From assembly GCA_963847125.1 (NCBI GenBank), contig CAWJYM010000009.1, forward strand, positions 82,658 to 146,657: a stretch of DNA of 64,000 bases. The letters are read 5' to 3'. The DNA comes from an uncultured Acidobacteriota bacterium (GTDB lineage: Bacteria; Acidobacteriota; Vicinamibacteria; Vicinamibacterales; 2-12-FULL-66-21). Every line of letters starts with the position of its first letter. The stretch's first letter is position 1. A program made the position numbers and the translations under genes. The notes under the pieces were generated by a model. It did not search any database and was not told where the DNA came from. It saw only the letters and a list, made by a program, of their open reading frames with translations. Below, in pieces: positions 61,859-64,000 of the stretch.

Positions 61859-64000
61859 CTACTGTTCCGTGGTCGACTCCGCTCTGCTCATCTGGAACGC
61901 AGGGCTCTTCACGATTCCCAACACGAACGAAGAAAAACGCAGGTTGGCCGTCCCCGCGTCGCGGACGGTGGCGCGCACCGTCGGCATGTCGTACGGCTCG
62001 ATCCGGCGGCCCAGCGCGTACGCCATCAGGTTCTCGGTGAACGTGCGCAGGAACGTCTCCTGGCGCTTGAGCAGCGCCCGCCGCAGATCGGCCGGGCCGT
62101 TCAGCGTGGACCCGTCGTAGAGGGTCCCGGAGGCATCGACCGGCACGCCGTTGTCCTTGATCCGCCACGCACCCGTCACGTCGAAGTTCTCGAGCGCCAG
62201 GCCGAGCGGATCGATCACGCGGTGACAGGAATTGCAGGTCGGGTTCTTGCGATGCACTTCCATCCGCTCGCGCACCGAGAGGAGCCGCCCTTCCTTCGCC
62301 GAGTCGGTCGCCTCGAGATCGGGCACGTCGTCGGGCGGCGGCGGCGGGGGTGAGCCAAGGAACACTTCCATGACCCACTTGCCGCGCAGCACGGGCGACG
62401 TCCGGTCGGCGACCGAGGTCATCGTCAGGACGCTGCCCTGGCCGAGCAGGCCGCGGCGGTTCTCATCCGGAATCCGCGCGCGCTGGAAGCGCGTGCCCGT
62501 GACGTTCGGGATGCCGTAGTGCCGCGCCAGGCGCCCGTCGACGAACGTGTAGTCCGCAGTCAGCAGATCCAGCACGCTCCGATCGTCCCGGACGATGCTC
62601 TCGATGAACAACTCGGTCTCGCGCTGCATCGCTTCGCCGAGCGTGTGGTCGTAGAGCGGATACTGCAGCGGGTCGGGATGGATCTTCTCGAGATCCTGCA
62701 GCCGGAGCCACTGCGCGCCGAAGCGGGTCGCGAGCGTCGCGGCGCGCGGGTCGGCGAGCATCCGTCGGACCTGCTTCTCGAGCACGGCCGGCGTCCGCAA
62801 GGTCTCCTGCTCCGCCGCGCGCATCAGCTCGGCGTCGGGCGCCGAGGCCCAGAGGAAATAGGACAGCCGCGACGCGAGATCGAGATCGCTGAGCCGGTAA
62901 TTCTGGCCGGGCTTGGCGGTCGGCCGGACTTCCTCGAGACGGAAAATGAAATGCGGGCTCGCGAGGATGGCCTGCAGCGCGGTCCGGATGCCGGACTCGA
63001 AATCCCCTTCCTCACGGCCTGCCTTGTAGAACTTCATCAACCCGGAGAGGTCGTCCGGCGTGAGGGGACGGCGGTACGCGCGCCGCGCGAGGTCCGACAC
63101 GATCTTCGACGCGCACGGCGCCTCCTCCTGCGGCTCGAGCGGCCGGCACGTGAACACCTTGCGGCGGCCGGGCGTCTCCGAGACCCCGGTCACCTTGTGC
63201 GGTCCGACAATCGCCAGGTCGCGGAGGTGCGGCAGCGTCGTGACGCCGAGCGCGCTGCCGATCTGCGTGTCGGCCAGCGTGTGCTCGACCGGGCGCAGGA
63301 TGTCATCCACCGGTCCTTCGTAACGCTGAATGAAGGTGGCGGAGACGCGCTGGGGACCGGCCTTCACAGCAATCGCCGGCGTCTGCAGGTTCATGCCGTT
63401 CGGATCCGCTTCGCTCATCCGCGGGTTGATGTCGAGGAGCGCCTTCCGCTCGCCGTTGATCGACACCTCGAGCTGCTCGTTGCGCGCCGTGCTGCCGTAC
63501 AGCTGTCCAGTCGGGATCGAGTGCAGCATCATCCGGAACGTGTACTCGCCGTCGGCCGGAAAATTGTGAACGACAGAGATGCCGCCCCGCGTGCCGAACG
63601 GTGCGCCCTCGACGTGCGCGAGCTGCGACGCCGTGCGCGGCAGCTTGAAGGTCGTCGACGTCGGGCTCGCGTCCGGGTCGCCGAGCGCATCCCGGCTGAT
63701 CTTGCCTGCCGCCCGCAGATAGCCTTCGAGCAGCGTCGGCGAGAACGACTGGACGTCGGCGATGTTGTCGAAGTTGTGGCTGAGGGTGTCTGGCGGCAGG
63801 AACGCGGAGACGTCGACGTCAACCGCCAGTAGATCGCGAATCGATCGGGCGTACTCGGCCCGATTCAGCCGCTGGAACGTGCGGCGGCCGGGATTCGGAC
63901 GGATGGCGGCCGCTTTGTCGACGTGCGTTTCGAGAGACACAACCAGCGCGTCGAGCGTCGCCGCGTCAGGCCTCTCCTGGCCCGGGGGCGGCATCATGCC
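61859..64000 (-). CDS. DUF1587/DUF1592/DUF1595/DUF1588/DUF1585 multi-domain protein (5' end beyond window)
   Basis: >712 aa. The CNSCH heme-like motif lies near the C-terminus. Partial, because no signal peptide or N-terminal domain is present in the window. Confidence 0.85.
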   Translation of the reverse strand, partial: GMMPPPGQERPDAATLDALVVSLETHVDKAAAIRPNPGRRTFQRLNRAEYARSIRDLLAVDVDVSAFLPPDTLSHNFDNIADVQSFSPTLLEGYLRAAGKISRDALGDPDASPTSTTFKLPRTASQLAHVEGAPFGTRGGISVVHNFPADGEYTFRMMLHSIPTGQLYGSTARNEQLEVSINGERKALLDINPRMSEADPNGMNLQTPAIAVKAGPQRVSATFIQRYEGPVDDILRPVEHTLADTQIGSALGVTTLPHLRDLAIVGPHKVTGVSETPGRRKVFTCRPLEPQEEAPCASKIVSDLARRAYRRPLTPDDLSGLMKFYKAGREEGDFESGIRTALQAILASPHFIFRLEEVRPTAKPGQNYRLSDLDLASRLSYFLWASAPDAELMRAAEQETLRTPAVLEKQVRRMLADPRAATLATRFGAQWLRLQDLEKIHPDPLQYPLYDHTLGEAMQRETELFIESIVRDDRSVLDLLTADYTFVDGRLARHYGIPNVTGTRFQRARIPDENRRGLLGQGSVLTMTSVADRTSPVLRGKWVMEVFLGSPPPPPPDDVPDLEATDSAKEGRLLSVRERMEVHRKNPTCNSCHRVIDPLGLALENFDVTGAWRIKDNGVPVDASGTLYDGSTLNGPADLRRALLKRQETFLRTFTENLMAYALGRRIEPYDMPTVRATVRDAGTANLRFSSFVLGIVKSPAFQMSRAESTTEQ

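Overview
High-GC bacterial chromosomal window (roughly two-thirds G+C by eye, not computed). It is most likely Acidobacteriota. That is an inference from an ADOP-type duplicated FtsX permease, a DUF1592/DUF1552 pair and PadR modules. I support about 68 protein genes. Bases 1-44232 are an unbroken run of minus-strand genes, many joined by ATGA/GTGA start-stop overlaps. Blocks in order: (1) 1-11.9 kb holds small stress and detoxification genes (M23 peptidase, methyltransferases, cupin, VOC, DinB, AlkD-like, DUF3291) plus two genes broken by frameshifts. (2) ETF-QO, etfA and etfB are directly coupled to a yceD-rpmF-plsX-fabD-fabG-acpP-fabF fatty-acid block. (3) dgt-deoB-miaA and a TonB-like gene. 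(4) A futalosine/menaquinone cluster (ubiE, ubiX, UbiA-type prenyltransferase, amidohydrolase, radical-SAM MqnC/E, mqnA, a cluster-less radical-SAM paralogue, UbiD). (5) An envelope block (Gfo/Idh/MocA, lpxI, a fabZ-lpxA fusion, skp, bamA), then clpC. (6) A mixed-strand part: D-aminoacylase, O-methyltransferase, Kef-type antiporter, pheA-glpF-glpK-TIGR00300, MATE, ADOP permease, PadR-HAAS-PQQ/EF-hand operon, GAF, ankyrin, DUF1552, DUF1592. I recognised no rRNA, tRNA, CRISPR, transposase, integrase or phage genes, and no classical defence system. The most unusual content is non-coding. Almost every non-overlapping gene junction between 13.6 and 40 kb is filled by a short repeat. These are junction-specific tandem heptamer arrays (STRR-like), 9-10 nt CGCAGA direct repeats, GTAG-headed REP hairpins, and a 146-nt nested inverted repeat. 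The repeats repeatedly sit on stop codons. Where a repeat has no in-frame stop, the upstream ORF is extended: a PlsX tail, and rpmF running in frame into plsX. One repeat lies in frame inside ubiE.
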